Shown: one piece after another, positions 47,880 to 60,600 of the stretch
Numbering within the stretch: the first letter of the stretch is position 1
Layout of the letters: the number at the start of each line of letters is the position of its first letter
Assembly (NCBI GenBank): GCA_008632985.1
Contig: QPGO01000056.1
Location: 1 to 64,000 of the forward strand
Length of the DNA stretch: 64,000 nt
Source: Psammoneis japonica
Taxonomy: Eukaryota
Direction: 5' to 3'
The notes under the pieces: model-generated
Databases searched by the model: none
What the model was told of the DNA's origin: nothing
The model's input: the letters and a program-made list of their open reading frames with translations, nothing else
Program-made: the position numbers and the translations under genes

Positions 47880-49730
47880 GAGTGCAGCAGCAATTAAATT
47901 GGGTGCCAACAAAGAACTTCTGGTGGGGGTGCTGCAGAGAAAGAATGATGAGAAAATGCTCGTGTCTGCAACAAAGCATGTTGGGGAGGACCTGCCGCAC
48001 AGCAGGAGCAGCCCCTGCCAGATTGATTGTTGGTGGAGCCAAATGGCTGAATGAAGTGCAACTGTGCACAACCAATTTTGGAGAAATCATTTTCATGCTT
48101 TGCGCCGGTGATGCTGCCAACAACGTCCTTAAAGAGCACCCTTGCACTGTGAAGAGCAAACATGCACAGCAGCCAGAAGAAGGTTCCCCATTGCAAAGAC
48201 TGCTTTTCTGGTTGGAACATTGGGGTCAGAGGTGTTTTTGTGTGATGGATGGACAAAGTTGCAGCTCAAAAAGACTCTCCAACGATTGTGGATGACATGG
48301 CGAGTTTGCGCTCGCAGCTTGGTTTGAGCTGCAGGTCTTGTGCTCACTGGTTGATGTGGCAGTGGTGGTTGACAGCAGTGGTGACATGTTTGTGAGCCAC
48401 TTGGTGAGTTGAGAGTTGGTGAGACCAAATGTGTGCTGGTTGGCAAGTCACAAAACTCCAACACAGAAGCTGAAAAGGCACGACACAATTCTCAAAGCAG
48501 TGGTGTCATCAGAGGATGGCTGGGAAGTTGACAGAAGTCCAAAGGACAAGGGTTGAGAAGTCAATGGGAAAAGGCTGGGAAGTCAACATGAGCCCAAAGG
48601 TGTGCCTCGTGTTGGCAGATCATGGGGCAAGTGAGCCGGCTGGACAAGGGTGAAGAAACAATCTCTGGAGGGCCTTGCTGTTGACATGATGTGGCGCAAG
48701 ATGAAAATTATGAAAATTGTTTCTGTGTGCATTTTCAGTGTGTCATGGGAATCAGGAGTTTGTTGTCAGACAAAAGCATTGTGTTTTTTCAGCAAACCAC
48801 ATGGTCAGGCGCTGGGGCGTGCGCACAGTGGCAAGAGTGACACTCAACAGAAATTCCATTTCAGTGATCACTCATTTGTCACATCTTTCTCCATGTCATC
48901 TTGGAAGAAGGGCCATGAAAGGCACTTCCAAGACAAAAACAGTGTGACAGCTTGAGAGCCCAAACATGTGAGCACTTTTCTCTGCCATCTCAGCTGCCTG
49001 TTGAGTGAAAAAAACTGCACCTTTTGACAATTTTTCCTTCTCAAGAAGTGGCCAACTCAAAATTAAAAGTAAAAAACATCACTTTTTTTGCCAACTGCAA
49101 CATCTCATTGATTGAACATTGAAGCTCGCAGTTTCTTTTCACGGACAAGTCAAGGATGCAGCACCAGTTGAGAGTGCAGGACACTTGGTCGAAAGAAACT
49201 CAGGATTTGACAGCATCCTGGGAGAGGTCAAAGTGCAACCATCATTTTGTGCAGAAAAGTGTGGAAATCATGCTGCCAGAAAAAAATCCTCACAATTTTT
49301 GTCTCACACCACCTCAAAGAAGCAGCCAAGGGTGGGTCTGCTGAAAGAGGGCACAGCAAGGTTGTGTTGGGGTCACAGTGAGACAGAGTGTGTGGCTGTT
49401 GGCAAGCCATGGAACCCCAACACAAGTCCCAGAAAAGATGGGCAACAAGGACACAGCCAAGTGTGGAAGCATGAAAGAACTGAAAGAGTGGGTGTGACAC
49501 CATGTTGCTGAGTCAGGACGACAGGCTCAGGCAGATGGTTGCACAAAAACTGCAAGGAAGATTGGCAAGCACATCAGAAGAATGTTTGGGTTGTGCCAGA
49601 GATGCAGGCACTGGCATCTCTGAGGCAAGAGAGCAACCCAAAAGAGCCAGAGTGTCCATCAGGAAGCACTGCATCAGAGAAGGACAAGGCAATCTGGATG
49701 AAGAAACATGATCACTGTGTGAAACAGAAT
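47880..49730. other. CpG/TpA-depleted domain D
   Basis: Same signature; begins just after ctagctagctag at 47797. Confidence 0.8.
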
Positions 49731-49880
49731 GCAATCTACAAGACACAGAAGGCAAAGGTGTTCAATGTCATCACAGGGCAATGTGCAAAGGCCATTCATC
49801 ACAAGCTTGAAGGAGTGATGGAGTTCGTGAGAATTGTGGAGGAGTGGGACATGGTGGCACTGCTGGATGTTCTAATGGAT
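49440..49880 (+). mobile_element. Copia-type gag remnant
   Basis: QADGCTKTARKIGKHI and AIWMKKHDHCVKQNAIYKTQKAKVFNVITGQCAKAIHHKLE...DMVALL resemble diatom Copia gag as I recall it (ADxYxKTTxxIxEYV; KAKVFxxIxGQC...KLE). Confidence 0.6.
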
Positions 49881-50355
49881 CCCAACAAAGTCACTTGTTT
49901 CGGGGACTCGGTGCAGCGACTAGGCGTGACCATTGGGAACAGGCGACAGTCGACTGGAAGCAACAAATCATGGAGAGACCGTAACCAAACAAATTTCCCA
50001 CTAACACCTTGCTGCGAACACCAACCACAATCACCATGAGACGCGGCCATGCCAAAGCCGCTCTATGAAAGACTTTTAGACACACCATTTGAATTGTCTC
50101 TAAACTATTTGGATTTATGTAGCGATTCTAAAGATGAATGCGGCACGCCACCGAGTCTTTCAAAGTGCAAAAGGGAACAACAGAGGACTGGAATGCACCT
50201 TTTTCTGTCCCATTCCGGACTTTCACCATATCCCTTTTACTGTCATGAGAACTTTTGAGTCGTTTTGAGAGACTTGAAGGCATCTATACCGCATGGATGG
50301 TAAATGTAGAAGTATGCATCATAGAAATAAGCAAACAATGGAACGCCGCTTCTTT

Positions 50356-52089
50356 CTACTTCCTCGAAGTCGCGGCACGGTTGTTGTTGACCATCTTGCG
50401 AAGATTGAAGGGGTTTGATTCTCCAATCACGTTTCCAGCACAGGCATATCCTCCAAACATTGCCCCGCCTACACCAAATACCATGACATCTTGTCCCGTC
50501 AAATAGAGTCCAGGCAGCGAGGGGCAGTCCGGACGGAGATCCAGAAAGAAGGTTTGAGGGTCGAAGCGCTGTCGGTTCTGATTGAGGCCATACCATGTGC
50601 CCTGGTCTCGTCCAAGATAGCGAGCAAAGGTAAGAGGGGTACCGACTTCAGAATAGTCGACATTGGAAACCGATTCCGGGAGTTCGGTTGACACGCCTGA
50701 GGCGACGAGTGCCTTTCGAGCACGAGTCCACATCATCTCGGAGAGCTTGAGCTTGAACGCCTTGTATTCTTCTTGTTTCTCCTCTAGTACCTCGCCGTTG
50801 CTATCTAGAATATCGGAGAATGGTTTCCATGGAACATTCAGGGCAATTACCTCCAGCGTTGTCTTGCCAGGGTGATTCTTCTTCCAGTCACCATCTCGCG
50901 CACTCAACGGTGAAATGAAGAGGAAGAGGTCTTCAGGCTTCAGGTTCTGCAAGGCCTCCCAAGTCTCAGGCCGAGTGTTGAACACTGCTTGAAGATCATT
51001 GTGGGGAAGCAAAAGGACTGTCTTTTTGGAAAGATTCAAGTCGCCATTGGCATCACCTTTGAGCCCCGCAAAGAGCATTGCGCCAGTTATCCCTTCTTCC
51101 AAGGACGGAGGCGTCTCTTTGACAAGAGATGGGTGAAACTCTGGAGGAACCATATTGCGAAACGTGTTTAGGAAACCGGTGTCAGAAATGACCTGTTTGG
51201 CTCGAATCTGTTCACCGCCCACCAGCTCTACTCCGACGGCTTTGTTTTCTTCGATCAGAATGCTATCGACCTTTGCGTTGACTCTGATTTCTCCTCCATT
51301 GGCTTCGATCGCTTGACAAATTTTTCTGCTGATTTGTCCTGCGCCTCCAGTTGGATAATAGAGTCCACTTTTCATAACAGAAATGACAACAGCCTGGAAC
51401 AAGAAGGAATAGTCATCGGGTGGCACCCCGGCTTCAAGACCGATAGACTCCAAAACACAGCGCAGATCGGCATCGTCGGTCGCCGCCTTTACCATTTCCT
51501 CCACCGACTGTTTGGTAAGTTTATGGAAGTCTTTGTCGACCCAGCGGTACAAACCAGTCTTGAGCAAGAATGATACGAGTCCACGAGGGAGAGCCTTGAG
51601 CATTAAGGCTCGATCCCATGCCTCCATCGCGCCCTTGCCTTGTTTCATGTATTCCTGAATGTTCTTCTTTTCGTTTGGAAAATGGCGAATGAGACTCTCT
51701 TCTAGTCGAGTAATGTCAATGTCAAAGACTTTCAGATCGTCTTTACCAATCACGAGACTGACACACTCGTCTGGCATTTTGGTACACTCAATGGGATCGC
51801 CCTCCATGCACAAAGCATCCATCATTTGTTTCAACGTGGCGGGTCTCCCCGCATGAGGCTCATCCCCCATATCTTCCAGATAATGAAGACCAATCACAAA
51901 GGGGTATCCACCTCGCTCAAAGGAACCAACGCACCCCCCAGGGTGGTCGGGGTGCTGCTCAAGAACGAGAACCCTGTGATTTGTTTGACATTGAGCAAGA
52001 AGACTAGCGCACGACAGCCCGCCAATGCCCGAACCAATAACGATGCTATCCCAGCCTTCCCTGTCTGTTTCAGTAGTAACTTTTGCCAT
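50356..52089 (-). CDS. FAD-dependent oxidoreductase, retinol saturase (RETSAT)/carotenoid isomerase-phytoene desaturase superfamily, 577 aa
   Basis: WDSIVIGSGIGGL (Rossmann fold), VLVLEQH...GGC..F...GYPF..GLHY, YYPTGGAGQI, GTPLTFARYL...GTWYGL and LPGLYLTGQDVMVFGVGGAMFGG. Confidence 0.9.
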   Translation of the reverse strand: MAKVTTETDREGWDSIVIGSGIGGLSCASLLAQCQTNHRVLVLEQHPDHPGGCVGSFERGGYPFVIGLHYLEDMGDEPHAGRPATLKQMMDALCMEGDPIECTKMPDECVSLVIGKDDLKVFDIDITRLEESLIRHFPNEKKNIQEYMKQGKGAMEAWDRALMLKALPRGLVSFLLKTGLYRWVDKDFHKLTKQSVEEMVKAATDDADLRCVLESIGLEAGVPPDDYSFLFQAVVISVMKSGLYYPTGGAGQISRKICQAIEANGGEIRVNAKVDSILIEENKAVGVELVGGEQIRAKQVISDTGFLNTFRNMVPPEFHPSLVKETPPSLEEGITGAMLFAGLKGDANGDLNLSKKTVLLLPHNDLQAVFNTRPETWEALQNLKPEDLFLFISPLSARDGDWKKNHPGKTTLEVIALNVPWKPFSDILDSNGEVLEEKQEEYKAFKLKLSEMMWTRARKALVASGVSTELPESVSNVDYSEVGTPLTFARYLGRDQGTWYGLNQNRQRFDPQTFFLDLRPDCPSLPGLYLTGQDVMVFGVGGAMFGGYACAGNVIGESNPFNLRKMVNNNRAATSRK

Positions 52090-53188
52090 TACAGTCGTCT
52101 CTACAATGTATCAACGTTGTTGTTCATCTTCACCACTCTTCCGGTGTTTACTTTTTTGAGTTTGTGGGATTACTTTTTGCGAAGCGGGGCAGGACGATTG
52201 ATTCTCGATGATTCTCGTTCCCCCTGAGCACCCAAAGAGCGCGAGGCGGGAAAGACGATGGGAACATCAACACTGAAGCAATACATAGCCAAACAACCAC
52301 ACAGACAATCGCCTCATTCATTTCGCGATGAAGTTGCGCTCCAGTTATCGCAAGAGCAAAGAGTAGCGCTCCGATGCAGCACTGTACGAGATGCCACCGG
52401 TATGAATGCCTTCTGCCGCTTGCCACTGTCTGTCACCTTTGCACCTCTTGGATGGCGCTTGGCCGGGCATTTTCTTCACCTGGTGTGGCGCAGAAGGTTT
52501 TGATTTTAACCGTTTCCTCCCGAGTGACTACAAATGACTACATTTTGTATTTAATTTTTAGATTTTACGTATACAAAGCATGTAGTCATTATTCAAAGAT
52601 ATATTTCTTACATGAACAATTTCGTATTGAAGCATGTCCAAATTAAATACGAAACGATAGTGCCTAGTGTAGGGCGGTAGACACATCAGATGTAGATGCA
52701 GGGTCATGCCATTAGTGTTGAACAGTAGCGTTAGGACCTAATTGATCCTAAGGAATAGCCCATGGCTATGGAAGGCACCTATTTTGACAGAAGTGTTAAA
52801 TAGGGGCAAAGTCATCGCTAAAATTGGTCCTCTACGTAGAGCTCCGTATAAGTTTGTCTGTCCATCGCCAGTTCGCGCCAACATTTAGGGGAATGAACGA
52901 GTAGGCTAGTGTCTGCATCCTAAGTGATCAATCATCGCAGACGAAGCAACAATGTCTACTCCACCTGTAGAGCAATAAGAGACAACCACCAAGCACATAA
53001 CAGCTCGTAGACACAGTCATTGAAGAGACTTACTAATTAAATAGGAGATTTATACGTATATAAAAGCACAAATTTCTTATGTGATTTTAGATTTTTATTT
53101 CCATTGAATACAAAAAACACGTTCGGGAGGAAACTGTTAACTCGACTCGAGCGAAGCGAGGGTCGGCTCGCAAAAGTAACCCGGATGT

Positions 53189-54640
53189 TAAAGTGGGGAG
53201 ACCTGACAACTGCACAAAAACACCCATCACCAAAGGCAAGGCAGCTGCACGCAAGGACAAGGAACAACATGTGAGACAAAGTGCAACATGCAGACAAGGA
53301 GCTTGTGCAGAAACAGAGTGTCTGGCCACTTCACCAGTGGCTGCAAGAGGCACAGAGCAAGAAGAAAAAGCCAGCAGAGGGGGGCAAGAGCCGCACACAG
53401 AGAGGAGAGTGGTGGTGTTTGCTTTGCCTTGAAGAACCTGGTGGAAGAGGCAAAGAAAATGCCAGAAGGGGGAAATTGTGAGACTGCTTTGGTGATGCCT
53501 GAGATCTGCCTCACAAAGAACTGCTTCAATGCACAGTCGATGACACGCCACAAGTGAAGTCAAGAAGCCACACACAGACAAAAAAAAGCAAGTCAACTTG
53601 GCACAGTCTTGACCAGGGTGGCGGCTCAAGAATGCATGCAGTCACCTGCAAGGTGCCAAGCAGCACAGAAAAGCAACTTGGATTTTAAAGTGGGGCAAGC
53701 TGATGATTTTTCAAGCACGACCATCGCCAAAGGCCAGCTGTGCTCAAGGACAAGGAACAATTTGTGGAGCAAAGTGTGGTGTGCAGACAAAAGAAGTTTG
53801 TGCAGAAGCAGTGTGTCCAGCTGCTGTGTTGATGGCTGCAAGAGGCAGAGCAAAAGAAGCCAGGGCAGCACTGTGCACCAGCTCCCACAGAGAGCCCCCC
53901 TGTGTCTTTTGAAGAAACAGGTGGGGATGAACAAGGTGCCAAAAGGGAAAATTGTGAGGCCATTTTGGGTGCCAAAAGCAAGAAGTTGAGATGCTCTGCA
54001 GCGCAACTCAGCAAGAGCTCATTGCCACCCCAGCAGGCCAGCCAAGCATGTGTTGTTCATGACCAAGCAGCACCCTGCAAAGTGTTTTCAGCCCAACTTT
54101 GGGGTGTGGCCCGCCAGTTGTTGTTGAGAACTGCCTCACAAAAAACTGCTTCAGCGCTTGTCGCTGAATCTCCAAGCACATGAAAGCACTGAAGTTTGCC
54201 AAAGATGCCATTGAGAGAGTGCAAGCATGATTTGCAGCTTTGGCACAGAGCTCCCAGCACAGTGCTTTGTGGAGAGGTGCCAAGATCATGAACAAGAAGA
54301 GCAGCAGCAGCAGCAGCAGCAGCAGAAATCAGCTCTGTGTGTTGGAGCAGCAGCAAGCAGCCAGAGCAAAAAAAAAATAAAAGATGAAAAGAGCAGAAGT
54401 TCACAGCAGGCAAGCAGCATCCTCTGAGGTGGCCAGAAATGATCTCTCCAGTGCGTGCCGTGGAGCACAAGGCAGGCAGCGTCAGAAGCAGGGAGAGAAA
54501 ACAAAGGCTTGCTTTTGTGAGGATGGCATGAGCATGGTCAAGAAGCCACACAGAGAGAAGCAAGAAGCCAACTTTGTGCAGCCTTGCAGCTTTGGTGCCA
54601 GGCGGCGGCTCAAGAACAGCGCACATCATCATGCACAGAC
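53189..54640. repeat. Degenerate ~500-bp direct repeats
   Basis: aaagtgggg...ccatc(a/g)ccaaagg...caaggacaaggaacaa at ~53189 and ~53687. gtcaagaagccacaca...ggcggctcaagaa at ~53559 and ~54537. Confidence 0.7.
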
Positions 54641-57600
54641 GCTGCTCTTGCAAGGCACCAAGAAGAGCAGCATCGGTGCTGGTCAGCTCCCATCTGCAAG
54701 ACCTTGGTCTCTTGCATTGCCAACTTAGAGCACTTTGTGGCAGAGTTGAAAATCAAAATGCTTTGATCAATGTGCACAGCATGGTGGCAGGAAGGAAGTG
54801 GGCAAAAGAAGACAAGAGCTGCTTGGGGTGAGCGAGGAGACAAGCTGAGACAGTGGGGCAAGCAACAGCTGACAACGGCAATTCTTTGTGCTCAGAATGC
54901 CTTCACTTCACATTTTCTGTGTTCACTGCCCTGTTTGCTTGCATTAGACTGGTGACATTTGTGCCACAAGATCATCACTCCGTGCGCGCTTCACAATGGC
55001 AGTTTAAAGCTGTGTTTGACTAACTTGATTAAAATGACAAAGGGGCAATGTGTGATGACTCTCACAATTGCCCAATTTGGCAAGTGACAAATTAGCCTCT
55101 GTGTGCGGTGCATCCTTGAAATGTCCTGTGCCTTGTGTGCAGCACAAATTTTTCACCGCACATGAGGTGCAATTGCTCAAAGGATGACCTTCCACGTCAG
55201 CACTGTCGTCATGTGCATTTGCCCACACTGTTTGACGACCTGCCCTTGGCCGTGGCTGTGTTTGTTTTTGTCGCGCTGCAACACAAACAGGGAAAACTTG
55301 AAAACAAAGAGAAATGAGAAATGAAGACAGCGCACCTGTGCAGTGCAGCGCATGCAGGCGGGTGTCAAATGATGTCTGTCTGCAAGCAGATTCCAGACGA
55401 TGGAAAGCCAAGCAAGGCAGACATTGTCATCATTCCATTTTCAATTTTCAAAATTGCAAGATCACCAAAAAAAAAGGTCATCAAACACACTCGCTTTGCA
55501 CTCACAATTCTTCTAAAATCACTTCTTTGTTTCATTGCTGTCACTGAGCATGCAACCTTTCTGAGCTGTGGTGCATGATCTCCACATTTGCACTTTTCGA
55601 GCAGGGCGAGCCCAAACAGCAGAGGCCAAATTTCTCATGGAGTTGAGTTCAAGAGGGCACAAAACTGTCCCTTGTGCAGTCAAAACAGTTTTGCAGGTTT
55701 GCTTTTGCCAGCAAACATTGTGCACTCTTGATGTCACCAAGCAACCCCTCCTTTGTGTTCTCCAGAGTTCACATGCAGGCCACACACCCAACCACAAGAC
55801 ACAGAGTTTGGAGCTGCACCACCCTTGCAGCATCATCCATTTGAGTCAGATTTAAGCTCAGAAAAACAAAGGATTGCCATGGCAAGAATTGGCAAACAAC
55901 AGAAATTGTTGTGCCCCACACAGAGCCACGGTGTTGTGTTGAGTTGTGATCATCCTCTAAAGCCCTGTTTTTTGTTTTGTTGAGCAGCCCAACCATCATT
56001 GTTGCATTGTTTCTAGAAGTCTTGTTTCATTGACTCTCTTTGGGGAAAAACTCTTGCATTGCTGTTCTTTGGATGAATTCTCTCTCTCAACAAAATTGCC
56101 TGGATCCTCCACACTGTGACAGCATCCCCCCGTCATTGACTTTGATGCAAGCTGGCTCTTCCAAAAGCTGCCATCAAAGAAGAAACATGCCTGGTGACTC
56201 AAGCCTTGGCTGCATGCACACACAGTGATCTGTTGGCACCCAACACCACAGCGGCACTCTGCCCCATCATTGCGGCAGCTTGCTTCATCATTTCTCCTGA
56301 AGTTGCACTCGTTTTGGGACCTCAAATGTGCCTCATGTGTGGAATCTTGGGATGCATTGAGCTGGCTGCAGCTTCATTGGTGCACTTTTGGGTGCAATCA
56401 GTTCTTCAGTTGTCAATCTTGCTGGGGCATCAGCATGGCTCTGGATCTGTGCTCTTGTGGAGTGCTGTGGGTGTCCTCATTTTACAGCTCTCGATGGGCA
56501 TTTTTCAATGTTTCAGCCATTGCAAGAGGGGGCTCATTTCCCTTTTCCGTTTTTGCAATGATGACAAAGCAAGTGGACGGATGACATTGGACATCATCTT
56601 CTTTGGATTTGTCCTTGCTGGCACACTTTAAAAAACTGCTTCTTTCCCCCAATGTGGCAAATTCTGCATTGAACATTGGGATGGGAGGTTGCACCATTCC
56701 ACTTTTGCAACATGTTGACTTGTGCAACATGTTGGGTGGAATTTTAATGGGCCATTCATTGGATGGTGGCTTTGCAACAGTGCACAATCATTGCTCTGTT
56801 GCCATTCACTCTGCATGCACCAAATTTGTTTGAGAATTGTCTGTGATCACATGGAAAAGCATTGTGACAACTTGTGAAAACAACATTTTCTTGACTGTTT
56901 CAAATCCCATTTTTGAAGTTCAAGCAGCCTGTGGCAGCTTCTTTTGCAGCAACAAGCAGCACGTCACTGTGTTTGTTTGACACAGGATGCCACACCCCTC
57001 CTCTTGGAAGAATCCATCACTGGTCACTGGGGACATTCTTGCAGACAAAGCACAGAGTGACTGTCCCACAGTCTGGGTGGCCATTGTTCAAGTGATTGAC
57101 ATCAACTCCAATTGCTTGCTGATTGTGCACACAAAAGACTGCTGGCAACCAAGCTGCTGCATCACTTTGACAACCAGATTCTGTGTTTTGTCTTCTGCAA
57201 GAGTCAATGCAGCTTGCTTTAAGTTCTGCAATGCCACACTTGTCGGGATTCAAACTGCTGCTGTGCACACTGTGAATTTGCCCATGGGCTCTGATTTGGT
57301 CAAAGACATTCTTGCAAGTCATCTTCCATGAACAAGGAACGGAACCCAGATTTCATCATTTGAGCACATGACGCCAATCTCTGCAATTCCAATGACGGAA
57401 AGATCATCAGAGTGAGTGTCGGTGGTGATGAATTCTCCCTCATCACATGCAACCGTGTCACTGCCCCTGGTTTCCTTCTGGCTTGGAAGGACTTGTCCAT
57501 TGTTGACAATGTCTCTGACAGCAGGGTCAGTCCATTCGAGTGTGAGTGGTTGTCACCACCATCACAAGAACCAACAAGGGCATTGCCAGCATCGACGACC

Positions 57601-60600
57601 ATGTTGCAGTGATCATCAAGAGCACAGCCCAAGTTTGTCAAGACTGTGTTGGTGGCGGGTGGGGGGAATGAGTCAAGTCACTCCACTTGGATGGAAATGG
57701 GAGCAGGGCTTAAAGCTGTGCTGGCAATCCAAGTGGCTGCATCGCCATTGGCTTGTGGTTTTGCTCCATGAGTGCAAATGCTCATCTTCTCTGTGTTTGC
57801 TTGTAATTTCTTGACTGCCTCCTTTGCTTCTTCTGAATGCACACTGGCTTCCAGGCTGTTTCCACATCCTGCAAGCTTGGCTTTTGCTTCAAGGGTCAAC
57901 TTGTTGGCACATTTGGAATCTTGGACTACATTGAGAATGTGCATTTGATGGCCACAGACTGATCACATGGTGACCTTGATGACATGATGCATCCCGAAAT
58001 TGCCAAGAATGCAGCCATGGACAGCAGCTTCATTGCACTCATCTGGCAAAGCATCAAGCAAGGCAAGAAAGTCTCGGTGAAACTTTGGAAGAAGACTTGA
58101 GCTGATGCGTGCTTCACAGGAGCAGCAAGAAGCCTCCATCTGGATCATGGTCTGTTTGGATTGGGACAACTCATCTCTGGTAGGCTGGAAGTGGTGAGAG
58201 GTTGAGAGCTGGGCAGTGACACCAGGAGGAGGGGGAGTGTTGTCAAGTGGGGGTGGGGCATTTTCAAGTGTGGAAGAAAGACTGACATCCTGGCCAATGT
58301 TGTTGCTTGTTCTGTCTCCACTCAAGAGGGCCACTGCTGTGCCAACAATGATGCCAACAACAAGGACAAGCAATGGACTGGCACCAGCAACATTCATCTT
58401 GGTGCAGTTGGTGGACATTTTGGGTGTGTTGCTGTCCACCTCGGTGTCAACATAAAGCAGAGTTGTCTTGTTTAAATCATTCTTGCTCATGTTGTTATGA
58501 GGATGTTTTTGATTTGTTCTCAACCTGAATTTGTGAGAGGTTTGGTTCCACCATTCTCCTTGCAGACAACATTTTGACTGCACAAACAATTTGCTGCATT
58601 TGAGTGAGTCAAGCAAGTCCCGTGCTGCTGCAATGAGTGAGGATGATGTCATCAGTCTCCTGCATGAGCAGTCTGCCATTCTTGGTTTCTTTTGTTGTGC
58701 CAACTGAGTGACAAGGTCATGATGTGGTCAAGTCCTGCACATGAGTCAGACTCCTNNNNNNNNNNNNNNNNNNNNNNNNNNNNNNNNNNNNNNNNNNNNN
58801 NNNNNNNNNNNNNNNNNNNNNNNNNNNNNNNNNNNNNNNNNNNNNNNNNNNNNNNNNNNNNNNNNNNNNNNNNNNNNNNNNNNNNNNNNNNNNNNNNNNN
58901 NNNNNNNNNNNNNNNNNNNNNNNNNNNNNNNNNNGGCTGCAGCTCCAAGCAGCTCACAGGTGTCAGCAGTCCGCCAAATCACTTGTCCAGCCTTTTTCAC
59001 AAACTCCTTCTTCAGCTTCTTTCAAAAGTTGTGCAGCGCAAGGCAGCAAAGCTTGCACGATCTAATGTGTTGTGAGGTGGGCACAAGCTTGTGGCATTGC
59101 AATTTTTTCATGTGTGTGCCCAAAGAACAGAAGTTTGTGGAAAGGTGGCCAAGAAACGAAAATTCCATTTTGCTTCTGTCCATGGTGAAAAGCAGGGCAT
59201 GCATGCTCATTTTTTTTCATTTTTTAGAGCTCGCATGCTTCTGGCACTCTGCCCCAGCTTTGCTGGTGTGTGGTTGCACTGTGCACTCACATCTTCTCCA
59301 TTCCTCTGGAGTGTTGACTTTCTTGCTGAGTGCCCCAAAAAAATCCCTCCTCTCCACCCCTCTTCCTGTTCTTGCTTTGTGTGCTCCAGCTGCTGTGCAG
59401 CATGTTGGTGTGTGCTGCGCCACACCCCCAGAAGAAAAGAAAGTTTCCCAGGATGCTGCCCACTGACACAAGTCAGGAACTGACAAAACAGCAAGCTTGA
59501 TGACAAATGAAAGACACTCACACAGTTTGTTGTCAAAGACAGACATGTGCAGCAATGTCAAATGACCATGCACATGCTGGCTTTTTGTGCACCGCTCTCG
59601 AGTGGTTTGATCTGTGACAGTCTGCATGCTCAGCAGAGAGAGTGCCTTTCTGGGGTTTGAAATGAGGTGTCTCTGCCCCCAAAAGCAACTTCAAACAAAG
59701 GTTGCACCTGCACCCAATGTGCTGCTCAGCCAAACATGGTGTGCGTGGTGCTCTTCAAAGCTGGTGGAGTTGTCACTCAAAACAAACAGAGCACCAACAG
59801 CTGACAGCAGTGTGCACAACACCCCCCAAAAAACCTGAGCAGCTTTTGAAGCATGTGGGCTTTTGAGAGAAAAATTTTTGTGAGCAGCATGTGTGAGAGC
59901 CATGCCAGCTGATGTTTTGGCAATGAACAAGCAGCTGTGCACTGTGCTCAAAGAACGAGCACAAACGAAAGCAGAGCAAAGGACAAAAAGTGAAAATTGT
60001 GAGATTGGATTTTACTTGATCATTTTGGGATTCTCCAAACAAGTTCTCAATGGCCCAAAGCTTCTGCACTGCTTCTGCAGACCAAAGGCCTTTTGGAGAA
60101 TGTGTTCATGACAACAGATTGTCCGGATGCGATTGCTGTTGACACATGAGATGTCAACATTGTCAAGCGATTGCTTTCTCAAATTTTGACATCCAATCAA
60201 TTCCATGTGACTGACATCTGTCATTTGCATGAACCCATGATTGACGCACAATTAAGAACACAACAATGTTCAAATGTGAAAATGTGTGCACATGCACACA
60301 ACAATGCATGTTGCATTTGCCTCCCATCAAATGACACAATGCGACAGACATTGACAGTGTCAACTGTGTCAGCCACCGCGTTTGATCTGCACTGTGTGCC
60401 ACTGGCATGTGTTGTTGTTGTGACATGCGGTCCAGCACATGGCTGTTCTAATCTTTGGGAGTCTGTCATGTTGCCCAGCACTTGATGTGCATGCTCAATT
60501 GTGGCATCAGCTTGTGAACTTCATGCAGTCATGGGCTTGACTTTTGTGCCACAGTCCTCTTGAACCACATCTTTGAAATTGTGTCCAATGAACTCACTTC

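Noticed and set aside
56200..58703. Gag-like or other TE ORF remnants (e.g. 57963..58703)
   Set aside because: Probably TE-derived but too mutated to assign a family from motifs.
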